Positions 27,960-40,685 of a stretch of 64,000 bases of DNA are shown here, piece by piece. The position numbers and the translations under genes were made by a program. Location: NCBI RefSeq assembly GCF_009914755.1, contig NC_060930.1. One strand, given 5' to 3'. The stretch comes from the human T2T-CHM13v2.0 reference genome, Homo sapiens. Position 1 is the first letter of the stretch. Each line of letters begins with the position of its first letter. Under the pieces are notes generated by a model. That model did not search any database and had not been told where the DNA came from. It saw only the letters and a program-made list of their open reading frames with translations.

Positions 27960-30870
27960 TGGATCACTAGGGGTGATGGTGAGTGGTGCCACTTCCACTT
28001 CCATCCCTTGATTCCTGGACCCATGAATCCTGGCTATGGGAGAAACAGTACCATATATTGGATACTGATTCAGAGCATACACAGACTTCTGGAGAACTTT
28101 GCCCCAGACCTGCAAAGTATTGTCACCTAGTTAGTGTTGTAATTGTGACTTCAAAAGGTCATTCCACCTTCTATCAATCCATCTGCTTCAGGAAGATGGG
28201 CAACATGGTAAGACCAGTGAATTCCATGAGCATGAGCCCACTGCCACACTCCTTTAGCTGTAAAGTGAGTGCCTTGGTCAGAGGCAGTGATGGGTGGAAT
28301 ACCATGACAGTGGAAAGGCATTCCATGAGTCCACGGATGGTAGTCTTGGCAGAAGCATTACGTGAAGGATAGGCAAACCCATATCCAGAGTAAATGTCTA
28401 TTCCAGTGAGGACAAACCTGTGCCCTTTCCATGATGGAAGGGGTCAATATAATCAACCTGCCACCAGGTAGCTGGCTGATCACTCTGAGAAATGGTGTCA
28501 TATCTAGGGTTCAGTGTTGGTCTCTGCTGCTGGCAAATTTGGGACTCAGCAGTGGCCATAGAAAGGTCAGCCTTGGTGAGTGGAAGTCCATGTTGCTGAG
28601 CCCCTGAGTAACCTCCATCCCTGTCACCGTGGCCACTTTGTTCATGATGACAGGGGAGGCTGGGGAAAGAGGCTGAGTGGTGTCCACAGAACGGGTCATC
28701 CTATCCACTTGATTATTAAATTCCTCCTCCACTGAGGTCACCTGTTGGTGAGAACTCACATAGGATACAAATATCTTCACAGTTTTTGACCATTCAGAGA
28801 AGTCCCTCCACATACTTCTTCCCCAAATTTCTTTGTCACCAATTTTCCAATCATGCTTCTTCCAAGTCCCTGACCATCCAGCCAAACGGTTGGCTACAGC
28901 CCATGAATCAGTATATAATCCTACATCTGGCCATTTTTCCTTCCATGCAAAGTGCACAACCAGGTGCATTGCTAGAAGTTCTGCCCACTGGGAAGATTTT
29001 TCCTTCACCACTGTCCTTCAGGGACGTCCTAGAAAGGGGCTGTAGTGCTGCCGCTGTTCACTTTTGGGTGGTGCCTGCATATTCTGCAGAACCATCTGTG
29101 AACCAGACCCTAGTCTTTTCTTCCTCTGTCAACTGATCATAGGAAACTCCCCATGAGGCCATCGATGCAGGCTGGAGGAGGGAAGGCAGGGTGGCAGGAG
29201 TGGAGACCATGGGCATTTGAGCCACTTCCTCGTGCCTTCAGGACCTGCTCAAATCCAATCACATATATACCACTTCAATTTGATGATGGAATACTGCTGT
29301 ACACGACCTGCTCTATGGCTAGATGGGTCAGAAAGCACCCAGTTCTTGATAGGCAGTTCAGGTCGCATGGTGACTTGATGACTCATAGTCAAACATTCAG
29401 TTTCCACCAAAGCCCTGTAACAGGCCAAGAGCTGTCTCTCAAAAGGAGAGTAGTCATCTGCAGAAGATGGCAGGGCCTTGTTCCTAGAGGCCTCTGCTGT
29501 GATTCACCCATGGGAGCCTGCCAAAGGCTCCAAACAGCATCCCTGTCTGCCACTGACATCTCAAGCACCATTGGATCTGCTGGGTCATGTGGCCCAAGTG
29601 GCACAGTAGCTCGCACAGCAGCTTGGACCTGTTGCAGAGCCTTCTCCTGTTCTAGACCCCACTAAAAACTGGCAGCCTTTTGGGTCACTCGATAAATGGG
29701 CCAGACTAACACACCCAAATGAGGAATGTGTTGCCTCCAAAATCCAAATACACCTGCTAGGACCTGTGCCTCTTTCTTGGTTGGGGAGTGTGGGGGGGTG
29801 GAAATGCAGCAACTTATCCTTCACCTTAGAAGGAATATCTCCACAGGCCCCACACCACTGGACCCCTAGAAATTTGACTGAAGTAGAAGGTCCCTGAATT
29901 TTAGTTGGATTTATTTCACATCCTCTGGCATGCAAATGTTTCATCAATAAGTCCAGTGTGTTTGTTACTTCTTGCTCACTGGATCCAATCAGCATAATGC
30001 CATCAATGTAATGGACATGTGTGATATCTTGCGGAAGCAAAAAGCAATCAAGGTCTCTCCAAATAAGATTCTGACACAAAGCCTGAGAATTGATATACCC
30101 CGAGGTAGGACAGTAAAGGTATATTGCTGGCCTTGCCAGCTGAAGCAAATTGTTTCTGGTGAGCCTTACGGACAGGAATGGAGAAAAAGGCATTTGCCAA
30201 GTCAATGGCTGCATACCAGGTACCAGGAGATGTGTTAATTTGTTCAAGCAATGAAACCACATCTGGTACAGCAGCTGCAATTGGAGTCACCACGTGGTTA
30301 AGCTTGCGATAATCCACTGTCATTCTCCAAGATTCATCTATCTTCTGCAAATGCCAAATGGGAGATTTGAATGGGGATGTGGTGGGAATCACCACTCCTG
30401 AATCTTTCAAGTCCTTGATGGTGGCACTAATCTCTGCAATCCCTCCGGGGATGCGACATTGTTTTTGATTTACTAATTTTCTAGGTTAAGGCAGCTCTAA
30501 TGGCTTACATTTGGCCTTTCCCACCATAAGAGCCCTCACCTTACCAGTCAGGGAGCCAATGTGAGGGTTCTGCCAGCTGCTAAGTATGTCTATGCCAATT
30601 ATGCATTCTGGCACTGGCGAAATGACCAAAGGATGAGTCCGGGGACCCACTGGACCCACTGTCAGAGTTGAGCTTTATAAAACTCCATTAATTACCTGAT
30701 CTCCATAAGCTCCTACTTTTAACTGGAGGACCACAATGACGTTTTGGGCCCCCTGGAATCAACATCAGCTCAGAGCCAGTGTCCAGTAGTCCCAGAAATG
30801 TCTGATCATTTCCTTTTCCCCAGTGCACAGTTACCCTGGTAAAAAGCCAGAGGTCTCCTTGGGGAAGGAT
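27960..30870 (-). pseudogene. HERV-L pro-pol remnant (protease, RT, RNase H, integrase), disrupted
   Basis: LLDTGS (about 30789-30772); [22 protein letters not shown] and HYIDGI; WFTDGS and YTDSWAVAN; integrase GTHFTAK...HGIHWSYH; split over several frames. Confidence 0.92.
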
Positions 30871-30999
30871 GGGAGAAAGACTCACTGCATAAATTGTTGG
30901 TATGTAGTGGGGTCCTTCCTCAAGGGGGCCTGGCCTCCCCTTCATTCAAGGGGTTCTAGGTCTGTAAACTGGCTCAAGTCTGGAAATTGATTGAGGGGC

Positions 31000-32620
31000 C
31001 GTGATTCTCTGTTTTTATAATTCAAATTAGTCTTTTATCCATTCGATCTAGAAGTTTTCTCCTTGTATAAATTAACTAGAAATGCAGTAGGCTTCCTATC
31101 AATTTCACTACTAGGAACACCGTAATTAGCCAATGCCACAGCTCTACATGAGTCAGACTATTCTGATTGTTGCTTTGTCTCTGCTGTCCATTACGGATCC
31201 CTGCCACCTCGAGATCCAATTATTCTCATCGTATTTAAATTTTGTAGTTGAGTAACTGCGGTTCCCAGTGTCAGATCTGACATACAGAGAAGAGCAATTA
31301 CAGGGGTCTTCAAAGATGCAGGTGCTGCCCTCACAAATCTATTTCGCAAGGCATTGGTCAAGGGTGTATCTTCTGGACCCTCCCAGCTGGGATGAGTAGG
31401 TCTAAAGTGGCTAATCCACTCTACCATCCCACACTCTCTAAGCCTTTGGATCCCTTCCTCTACATTAAACCAAGGGAGATCAGGCATTTCCAACTTGCTC
31501 ACAGTGGGCCATCTTTTAATTCATATTTCAGCTAACCAAGCAAACAAACTACTAGAACCTTTTTTAACTCCCCAAGCTGCAACATTAAAATCAGAGTCCC
31601 TACTTAGTGGGCCCAAATCAATAAATTCAGCCTGATCCAACTCTATGTTCCTTCCACCATTTTCCCATACCTTTAATATCCATTCCCATGCCTGTTCTCC
31701 AGATTTCTGTTTATATAAATTAAAGAACTCAAAACAGTTCGAGTGTAGCACACCTCCTCATGGGTCACACTCTCAACCTCACCTCTAGGGGCCCGCTGGG
31801 ACTTTATTCTAGTTATAGGTCTAGAAGCAAACAGGGGTATTGGGGGTGGCTCCAGAGGAGAATCAACATTATTTTGCCTGGCAACTGCCTCAAGGGAGGC
31901 CATCACTGTTTGCCTCAAGCAGTGCAGGACTTATTTCCTCAGTCAAAGGTGGAAACACTGATGGCAGCCTGGGTCAGCGAGGAGATGTTGCCGCTACTGG
32001 GGATGGGGAAGCTATTCCTTGTAGCAAAAAAGGTTCCTCAGGGTTTACAAACTCAGTGTTCCCAGCTTCATCAAGGTCCTCCCACACATCTCCATTCCAA
32101 GTTGCAGGATCCCATTCTTTTCCAATTAATGCCTCACTTTAACAGTAGACACCTGGCAAAGCTGTGCATGCACTTTTCATTGCAGGTCAGCCAGTCACAT
32201 GATAAAAGCTTGTGTTTGTTTTTCCACAATTTCAGCTCTATCTCCACAGGAGAAAGACTCTGACTCAGTGCAATCTTAGCAGATTTGAGGCTCAGTATCT
32301 GCTTCTGAAGCCAGGAGACACAGTCCCTGAGTTCATCATTTTCTTTCATTACTTTGTCCACTGAACTTAGGAGTAATCAACCAGCTTCATTATGTTCCTT
32401 GGTTCTCCACATATGGTCAAAGGTATTATGTATAGAGTCACTAAACTCCTTGCCTCTCATGAGTGGTGAATCAGGAGTGTCAAATGCATTTATTTTGCAT
32501 AACTCTTTAAACAGTTCAGGCCACAAGGACTATCAGTGTTCTCCATACTATTGGAAGTAGAGTCCTTAGCATTTTTGGGTTTAATCATATTAAGCAGCCA
32601 ACCCCAGAAACCCCAAAACC
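31000..32620 (-). pseudogene. HERV-L gag remnant (frameshifted)
   Basis: ORF fragments YKQKSGEQAWEWILKVWENGGRNIELDQAEFIDLG and PWFNVEEGIQRLRE, typical of ERV-L Gag. Confidence 0.88.
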
Positions 32621-32660
32621 AATGAAAGAACTCCATCCTTAATATTCTATTCCTCTAGAA

Positions 32661-32675
32661 CCATTCCTGGTACCA
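32661..32675 (-). other. Primer-binding site (tRNA-Leu)
   Basis: TGGTACCAGGAATGG starting 5 nt after the 5' LTR, near-complementary to the tRNA-Leu 3' end (...CCACTCCTGGTACCA). Confidence 0.85.
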
Positions 32676-32680
32676 AAATC

Positions 32681-33172
32681 TGTATTAGTCACAGTTCTCT
32701 AGAGGGACAGAACTAATAGAATATACATATATTTCTATTAAGAACTAATAGAAATATATATATATATATATTAGGGAGTTTATTAAGTATTAACTTACAT
32801 GAACACAGGGTCCCACAATAGGCTGTCTGCAAGCTTGAGGAGCAAGTCCAAGTCTCAAAACTTTAGAACCTGGAGTCTGATGTACCAGGGTGGGAAGCAT
32901 CCAGCATGGGAGAAAGATGTAGGCTGGGAGGCTAGGCCAGTCTCACCTTTTCCTGGGAGGCTAGGCCAGCCAGTCTTGTGCGTTTCTCTGCCTGCTTTAT
33001 ATTTGCTGGTGGCTGATTAGATGGTGCCCACCAGATTAAGGGTGGGTGTGCCTACCCCAGCCCACTGATTTAAATGTTAATCTCCTTTGGCAACACCCTC
33101 ACAGACACACCCTGCATCAATACTTTGCATCCTTCAATCCAATCAAGTTGACACTCAGTATTAACCATCACA
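32681..33172 (-). mobile_element. HERV-L 5' LTR (MLT2A type)
   Basis: TG...CA termini, AATAAA at 32784-32779, immediately followed by the PBS. Confidence 0.92.
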
Positions 33173-33827
33173 TCACAGGTGAAGGACACACTCTCCACGA
33201 GACTGCCCTCACTTCAGAGAGCAGTTGCAAGCTTTGGGGTTCCCAGGCCATTCACTCTTCTGATAAATTGACTGCAAATTCAAGGGTTCTCATTATCCTT
33301 TCAGGTTCAACAATTCATGAGAATGCCTTACAAAACTCATGAAAGCATTGTACTTTCAATTTCATTATAAAGAATACAAATCAGGACCAGCCGAAAGAAG
33401 AGATCCATAGGGCAAGGTCTGGGAGGCTTGCAAACACTAAGTTTTTGTGTCCTGAGGACCATCACTGTCCTGGAACACCCATGTGTGTCATGAACCAGGG
33501 AAGCTCTTCTAACCTCAGTGTACAGTTTCTATTGGAGTTTCACCATGTAGCCCATAGGACTAACTGATTAAATCATTGTTCATGTGACTAAACTTAATCT
33601 TCAGCTTCCCTTCCATCCCTGAATGTTGGGCAGATATGACATGGCTCAAAGCCCCAACCCCACGGTCACATCCTTAGACTTCTCAGCATGGCCAGCCCCA
33701 ACCCTGAAACTATCTAGGGACCAACCATGAATAACCACATTCCTATCAATTGGAAAATTCCAAGGACTTATAGGATCCCTCCCAAGAACCAGGGACAATG
33801 GTCAGCCAAACTCCTTGTTATGCAACA
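33173..33827 (-). mobile_element. MER21/MER77-like ERVL LTR, split by HERV-L (other piece about 26505-26553)
   Basis: caattctgatcctaactacccagagttag (26511-26540) continues across the TSD into acaggtgaaggacacactctccacgagactgccc; ends gcaaca at 33827. Confidence 0.7.
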
Positions 33828-34214
33828 TGGTTGTACTGAGAATTCTGGCTTGGCTGGCTTACTTCTAGGCCAATCTTAACATAGTGATCCACAGAAGCTG
33901 GCCAGTTAGATCTACTGGTTGTTGTTGTTGTTGTTGTTGCACTGAATATTATGCCATAAAATAAAACACAATATGGCAGAATTTAGAACATCATTTCTCC
34001 AGAATATTTTTGTTCTACTGGTGCTTGTTCTTTGATTAGTCTTGCATGACAGGTATTTAGTGAGTACCTACTGACAGGCACCTAATGTAAATACAGCTGA
34101 AGAAACAGTTTCTAGCTACATACTGCTTAAAACAAACACATCTACCTATATTTAACTAATGTCTCAATCAAATATCTCACAAATTCTTTACTTAGAAACC
34201 CTTCCTCATGCATT

Positions 34215-34475
34215 GTCTTAGTTTGGGCTGCTCAGGCTGATACAAGAAAGCACCATGGGCTGGGGGTCTAAGACAACAGAAACTTATTTCTCAGTTCCTG
34301 GAGACTGGAAGTCCAAGATCAGGGTGCCATCATGGTTATGTTCAGGTGAGGGCTCTCTTCGGGGTTGCAGACTACTGACTTCTTGTATCATCACATGGTG
34401 TAAAGAGGGCAAGAGAGCTCTCTGGGGTCTATTTTATAAAGGCGCTAATCCCATTCATAAGGCCTCCATTCTCAG
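34215..34475 (-). mobile_element. MLT1A-like LTR fragment
   Basis: acaacagaaacttatttctcagttcctggagactggaagtccaagatc. Confidence 0.72.
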
Positions 34476-35246
34476 TATACTTTCAAATGTTGATTTCTTT
34501 ACTACAGAAATCATTCCACATTTCAGACTATTCATTACAAATAAGTGAGGTAAAGTTTACTTCCATCTAATGGCAAATGACAAAAGAAATGGAGTTTAAA
34601 GGGTATGACTGGCAACTAGTGATTTTTAAACAGTGCTGAATTGTTTAAAATTGGAGGGTGGAATGATGTTGGTAATAGGGAGACAGAGGTAAAATATTAG
34701 GAAAGTGTAGAGGCAAAATAAGGCTTTGATAAGTCAAATTTATATTTTATCAAAGATTTGAGAAAGTTGACAAGTTTTTCTTTCAAGTACAAATCCTTTT
34801 CTTCTTAAAAGTTTAAGGCAGCATAATGAAGTATGCATTAAGATCCCGTCTATCTTAAGCCAGGAAAAATTTTAAATGATTACCACTTGGGAAAAAACAA
34901 TGGCTGTATTTCAGCAAATGGGCAAATGAAAACCAGTCCGAATTCCTCATGCTGGACCCCTCCATGATACAGGCTCTGTTGTACCTGCATATGCACATAA
35001 CAGATTAAATAGCCATCAGAATACAATGGAATTTTAAGAATGAGATTAACTATTCCAAGTATATTATACTCACAAAATATAAACAGTGTCCCCAAGAGCA
35101 CTAAGCTTTTTAAACCAGTATTATTTATATTGAAAACGAAGAATAACAGTATTTTTAAAAAATACAATAGAAGCAATTCTAAAAATCACTGCTAAAAATA
35201 AGTGCCCAAATCTTTGAATTTAGACTCAAAACTATGCATGCAACAT

Positions 35247-35586
35247 TCCTATGGTCTGAATGTTTGTGTCCCCCTGAGATTCATTTGTTGAAATCCTAAC
35301 TCCCAAAGTGATTGTATTAAGTGGTGGGGCCTTTTGGGAGGTGATAAGGTCATGAGGGCAGAGTCCTTGAAAATGGGATTAGCACCCAAGGGAGCTTGTT
35401 TGGCCCTTCATCATATAAGGACATAATGAGAAGGCTCCTTCTGTGAACCAGAAAGCAGGCTCTCACCAAATCTGCCAGCACCTCCATCTTGGACTTCCAG
35501 ACATCAGAACTGTGGGAAATAAATTTCCATTGTTTATGAGCTACCCACTTATGGTATTTTATATAGCAGCCTGAATGTGCTAAGGC
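35247..35586 (+). mobile_element. MLT1A0-like MaLR LTR
   Basis: ctatggtctgaatgtttgtgtcccc...tcttggacttccag...agcagcctgaatg. Confidence 0.78.
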
Positions 35587-35899
35587 GGAAAATATTGTCC
35601 AAATTTGCTAACTCTACTTGTGTTTCTTAAATTTATCCTATTTTGTCCTCAAACTTCCAAATTAAATCTTACTTTTATGGAAAAAACTAGGATAATTTTA
35701 TAATTATTTTATTATAATTTTGAGACATCAATTACTTTTTCTTCAATTAAAAAAAATCCAATCATGATTCCTTTGGGATTACTTGGGCAAACTGTAGCAA
35801 ATTTTTCTTACTACACATACTTACATGATGCAGAATGATGTCTGTTTTTACTACCTTGCCTATATTCTACATAAAACTTAAAGCATGTCTTCTCTAAAT

Positions 35900-36244
35900 C
35901 AGTGGTCCCCAACCCTTTTGGCAGTAGGGACTAGTTTCGTGGAAGACAATTTTTCCATGGACTGGGACAGGGGATGGTTTCAGGATAAAACTATGAAACT
36001 GTTCCACTTCAGATCATCAGGCATTAGATTCTCAAAAGGAGTGTACAACCCAAACCCCTTGCATATGCGGTTCATAACAGGGTTCCCGCTGCTATGAGAA
36101 TCTAACGCTGCTGCTGATCTGACAGGAAGTGGAGCTCAGATGGTAATGCTCACTTGTCAGCCTCTCACCTCTTGTTGCGTGGTCTGGTTCCTAACAGGCC
36201 ACGGACTGGTACCAGTCCACGGCCTGGGTGGTTGGGAGCTCCTG
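35900..36244. mobile_element. MER1B hAT-Charlie DNA transposon
   Basis: cagtggtccccaaccc...ggttgggagctcctg; 8-bp TSD ctctaaat/ctctaaag. Confidence 0.88.
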
Positions 36245-36374
36245 CTCTAAAGAATAATTTTAAATCAGAGAAAACTCAAGTTTTAAAGTTCATGTTAAGC
36301 CTTACTCCAACTTCCATTTCTCTCTTTATAACAAAATTCTATTAACACATCTTGAAAAAAGATCACAGAATAAT

Positions 36375-36380
36375 TTTATT
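36375..36380 (-). terminator. SLC35B3: AATAAA poly(A) signal of SLC35B3
   Basis: tttatt on + strand about 450 nt after the stop, followed on the minus strand by a T/GT-rich stretch. Confidence 0.7.
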
Positions 36381-36832
36381 TATAATGAATGTTATTCTCT
36401 CCAGACTTCAACTCATCAGTTTACTCTTATAACAGAGAATCAATTTAAATAACACCATCAAAATGGAATGAATATAAAACAATCTGCTATTACGTATCGA
36501 TTTCTTTGATAGGATATAATTATAGCCAATTAGTCTTGCAACACATGGTCCATTTCCAGTGAAATTCTCAATAAACTGCTAGGAATTACAGTCCTTCATA
36601 TTGACATTTTATTGTAAAGTCTGCTAGACGTGGCTCTCTTGATTGCTTTGGAAGTCAGTCAAACAAATGCTCTGAAGAAAAGGCTGACACCGCAAAACAA
36701 CTTCATATGAAATCTGTCCACAAATGGGATAGCAATGCCTCCAGATCCTTTGGTTTTTATCAGTCCCTTTGGAAAGTTAATTAATTGATGATTGTTCCCT
36801 TAAAATTCTATTTTAAATAGGACAATCACTGT

Positions 36833-36983
36833 CTATACAGTCTGTGCCAGCGTCCTTGACTTTCTTGCTTCCACTGATTTGTTTATCAAATCATACAGTG
36901 ATGGTAGTCTTATTTTATCCATATTTTTGCTGTAAACATTAAGAAATATACCAAGGACAACTAACAAACCAGACCATACATAC
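36833..36983 (-). CDS. SLC35B3: SLC35B3 exon 11, coding part (151 nt; YVWSGLL...LAQTV*)
   Basis: TTTCTCTTAG|GTA acceptor; TAG at 36835-36833 closes a 1206-nt CDS. Confidence 0.96.
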
Positions 36984-38191
36984 CTAAGAGAAAGAAATAA
37001 GGAAAAAAAATTAAAATTAGCAAAATAACAATTTACTATTAACCACAGAATTTGTTAATATGTCCATAATAATTCTTCAGTGAAGTAAAATTCTATTAGA
37101 AGCCTACAATAATAGCATTAAAATAAAAATAGTATTCTTAGATGAGATTTGATAGAATTCTGTATCTTTTAATAATGCATTGAGTAGATATAAAGAAAGA
37201 TATTTTACAAAATTTTATATGACATAGTTCATTTGAACTTTGGGGATAACAGTATATTCAAAGTACAGTCCCCTACCAAAAGTCGTAAAAGTACACTTAA
37301 AGCTTTGGACATGTATATCTACCAAAGGCCATTTTGGTAATTAAACTCAGCTGTCCAACTCGTTGTCTCAGTTGGGTAGAATATAAAGGAATAAAAAGAG
37401 AAACATCCCTGAGAAAGTAGGGGAATCATTATAATTATATTTATGTATGACATAACACTATTATGTATTATACCTAGTACATACAGAAAGAAAAACTAGT
37501 TTATAGACAAATAATAATCTGTAATATATTGATGGAAATTAATTTTATGTTTCCCTCCAAACTTATAGATTGTTAAGTTCTGGGTTTGAAACTTCACAAT
37601 CCTGACCAATATAAGTTTAAATGGTGCTAATGTCAAACAAATAGTAAAGACAGTAAATATGATAGTAAACACTTTCACACACACAAAAAATAAAAGCTTA
37701 GTTTAAAGTCTTTAGGATGTAACTTACAGAATATTTCTCTACCTTAAATCCTTTGTGGAAACAGGCATCAAATAAACTAGTATTTTTTTAAAGCATGTGA
37801 TGTAAATACATAATTTACATATTTGCAGTAGGGCAAAGGGGAATCCCTTAATCTCAACAACGTACACATCACTCATATTCACTCATAATGGAAACAGGTC
37901 ACATTTGCACTGGACTCTGGTTAGGCAATTTAAGTATACAAAATGATAAATTCAAAATAATAAATTACCAACATTTCCAAAATAGCAGAAGACACACTGA
38001 TAGTTAAGAGATCAAGATGAAAAGGTTTCTTTATAAAGCATAACAGGAAAAAAAACCACATTAATTTATATAAAAATAAATACACTTACTACAAAAAAGA
38101 AAAAGTAGAAAAGTTGAAATTAAGATTAAGAGGAAATGTGAAACACAGTATCTAAAAACTGAGAAAAATTGTTTAATTAAGAAGTACTTAC

Positions 38192-38261
38192 TGAAACGTG
38201 AATGGTTTAGCAAAGAATATAAACGAAAGTACAATGGTCATTGCTTTTCTTCCTGTTGTCA
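38192..38261 (-). CDS. SLC35B3: SLC35B3 exon 10 (70 nt; TTGRKAMTIVLSFIFFAKPFTF)
   Basis: CCTACAG|TGA acceptor, TCA|GTAAGT donor; TTxRK motif of nucleotide-sugar transporters. Confidence 0.95.
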
Positions 38262-39279
38262 CTGTAGGAGCAAAAAATTAGTTTAGAATGTGCCTATTAT
38301 CTTGACAATATTTTAGAAATCACTTATTCAGCAAATATTTAGACCTGACTATATGCCAGAATCTGTTGAGGTGCCAAGGTGACAATGGAAAGTAGAAACC
38401 AACCAACCAAACACACGCACAAAAGTCACTGTTCCCTGTTACTATGGAGTTTAGTCTTGTAGGGAAACAGACATTAAATAATTAATACAGTTAAATGTTA
38501 AAGTACAACTGTAGTAAGTACTTGATGGAGGCTATGGTATTACGAAGCCACAGTTTAAGTCTTAGAGAAAGGCTTTCCTATGGAAGCTATGATTAGCTAG
38601 AGGCAGGGGTTATTCTTTAGAAACAGTAATCTAAAGGATATACTCATATCTTAATAGGGGTCATCTCTGGATAAGACTATAAGTAACCATTACAATCTTC
38701 TTTACGCAACTGTATTAACTTTTCCCTGTCCTTTGAAGTACTACACTTTGAAGTCTGCTGTAACGCTGGAAGCCTTCCTCCCTTCTGTCCCAGGCAGAGT
38801 GGGGAGATCTGCATAGATCTCCATGACAGTACTTTCCTCCTCACTGCACTATCGGTTGCCATCTTCCCACTTGACTATGTGCTTTACTTAGTTTCTTGCC
38901 TTATTCATCTGTATATTCCAAGACTCTACAGTTCCTGGCACTTAGTAATTTATGCATGAATGAATGAATTCCAAAGGAAGAAGCTGTTCTGGAAACGTGC
39001 CAGAGTCAGATTCCAAATGTCTGTTTTTTTCTTTCTATAGTAAAAGGACCCCTATTTTGAGTTGGGTATATGTTCCCTCTTCTCCTGCTACTAGGTGTGG
39101 TCATGTGTCTAGGCTATGGTGAAATGTGAGCAGAAGTGCTGTTTCTCGGAGTATGGCTTTTAGGATTTTCATCTTCTCTTACTCCATCCCACTGCATAGC
39201 ATGAGGATGAAGATGGCACAGTGGACAGAAAGAACATGGGTTTCTCATGACCATGGAGTCACCATACCAGCTTAGAGGC

Positions 39280-39500
39280 AGTATAATGTATGGTGAAGAG
39301 CACAGGTGTGCAGCCAGACTGCCATCACTGGAACCTGGCTCTGGTTGACTATGAGACAAGTCACTTAACCTCCCCGTGCCTCAGTTTATCCATCTGTAAA
39401 ATGGAATAATCATAGTGCCTAATTTATAGGACTGCTGTGAGATTAAAATAATGGTGTCTGGTACATACTAGGGCTATGTATGCATTAGCTATGATTATTG
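39280..39500 (+). mobile_element. MIR
   Basis: caagtcacttaacctccccgtgcctcagtttatccatctgtaaaatgg core. Confidence 0.8.
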
Positions 39501-40167
39501 CCAGCTCTGGCTTTCTTTTACGTGAGAGAGGAAAACTCCTGCCTGTACCTCTAAGGCAAAAGCTGTGCCTTAGAGTTTTGGCAGATGACACAGGTGGCAC
39601 ATTGACTCATCTGTTCCCCTCACTAGGCTATACACTCCTCCAAAGCAGAACAAATACAACTGATTTTTCTACAGGGCCAAGCAAAGACCCTGCACACAGC
39701 AGGTGCATAGTGCTTATTGGTGAAAAGGGAAGCTAATCTGGTTGATGTCCTAGAAAATGTACAAATGAAAGGCCTAAAAAGCTTATTTAAAGTGTACCTC
39801 TCATACTTGAAATGCAACAAAACTGAAAGTTTCAGTTACAGGTTAAAAGCATATAAAGGCAGTACTTTCTTTGGAGGTCGTCATCTCATCATAATTTTAT
39901 AGAAAGTTCTTTTAATGCGTTTAAGGGTTACTGTTCTGATAAATGTATATGTTTGATTTTAAAATTAAACCATCAAAATAAGAAATTAAGATCAAACAAC
40001 ATTTTCTTTAGAATTCTAAAGAAACACCATAAGCCAAAGAATAAATTGGTGAAATATGATAATTTTCTTTTTAATATAAAGGAGATGTTGCCCTTATGTT
40101 TTGAAAAAGAGCATCAGAGAAAATGTAAATGCTTATTTTATAATCAAAGCAAGTAAATCCCTCCTAC

Positions 40168-40279
40168 CTGTTACAGCAATAAGTGCACCAAAAATTTTAA
40201 TCAAAGCCAGAACAAAGGAGATTCCAAAATATCCAGTGAGGGAAAAAAGGAACGCATAACCATAGGTCCGAACTGGATT
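40168..40279 (-). CDS. SLC35B3: SLC35B3 exon 9 (112 nt; NPVRTYG...IAVT)
   Basis: TTTTTGCAG|AAT acceptor, CAG|GTAGGA donor. Confidence 0.95.
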
Positions 40280-40685
40280 CTGCAAAAAATAAAAAAGCCT
40301 GTTAGAAAAATGTAAAACAAACTCCGAGGTATTACAAATAAAATAAAACTACAGATGTTAATCAACTTCTTGAGCAATAAGTTGTTTGACAATGCAGTCA
40401 AGCAAAGATTCTTATTTTGATTTAATGAAAAAAAAATGTTGAAATTAAAGATCCTCAACTTTCCTACATTATGAACAGCTTAAAAATCAACTCATAGGGT
40501 ACAGCAAGGATAAAATAAATTTAAATATCAGTCATTTCATTTCTGAAATTAATTTCCGATTGGCATGTTATGTTAAAGGAGGTATCATTATATCTATGAT
40601 AGCCTCTTTTGAACAAGGGAAATGAGAAATTTAGAGAAAATTATTTAACAGAAGATTTTTTTTTTTAAATGTGATTAGTGTTTAC

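Larger units (their letters stand above)
26554..33172 (-). mobile_element. Full-length HERV-L provirus, coding regions decayed
   Basis: Two LTRs reading TGTGATGGTTAATACTGAG...TAATACA on minus; TSD TCACA at 26549-26553 and 33173-33177; gag/pro/RT/RNase H/IN/dUTPase peptide remnants; no env. Confidence 0.95.

Noticed and set aside
27430-32361. HERV-L ORFs as a domesticated gene
   Set aside because: Many frameshifts and stops, RT YIDG, no long uninterrupted domain-complete ORF
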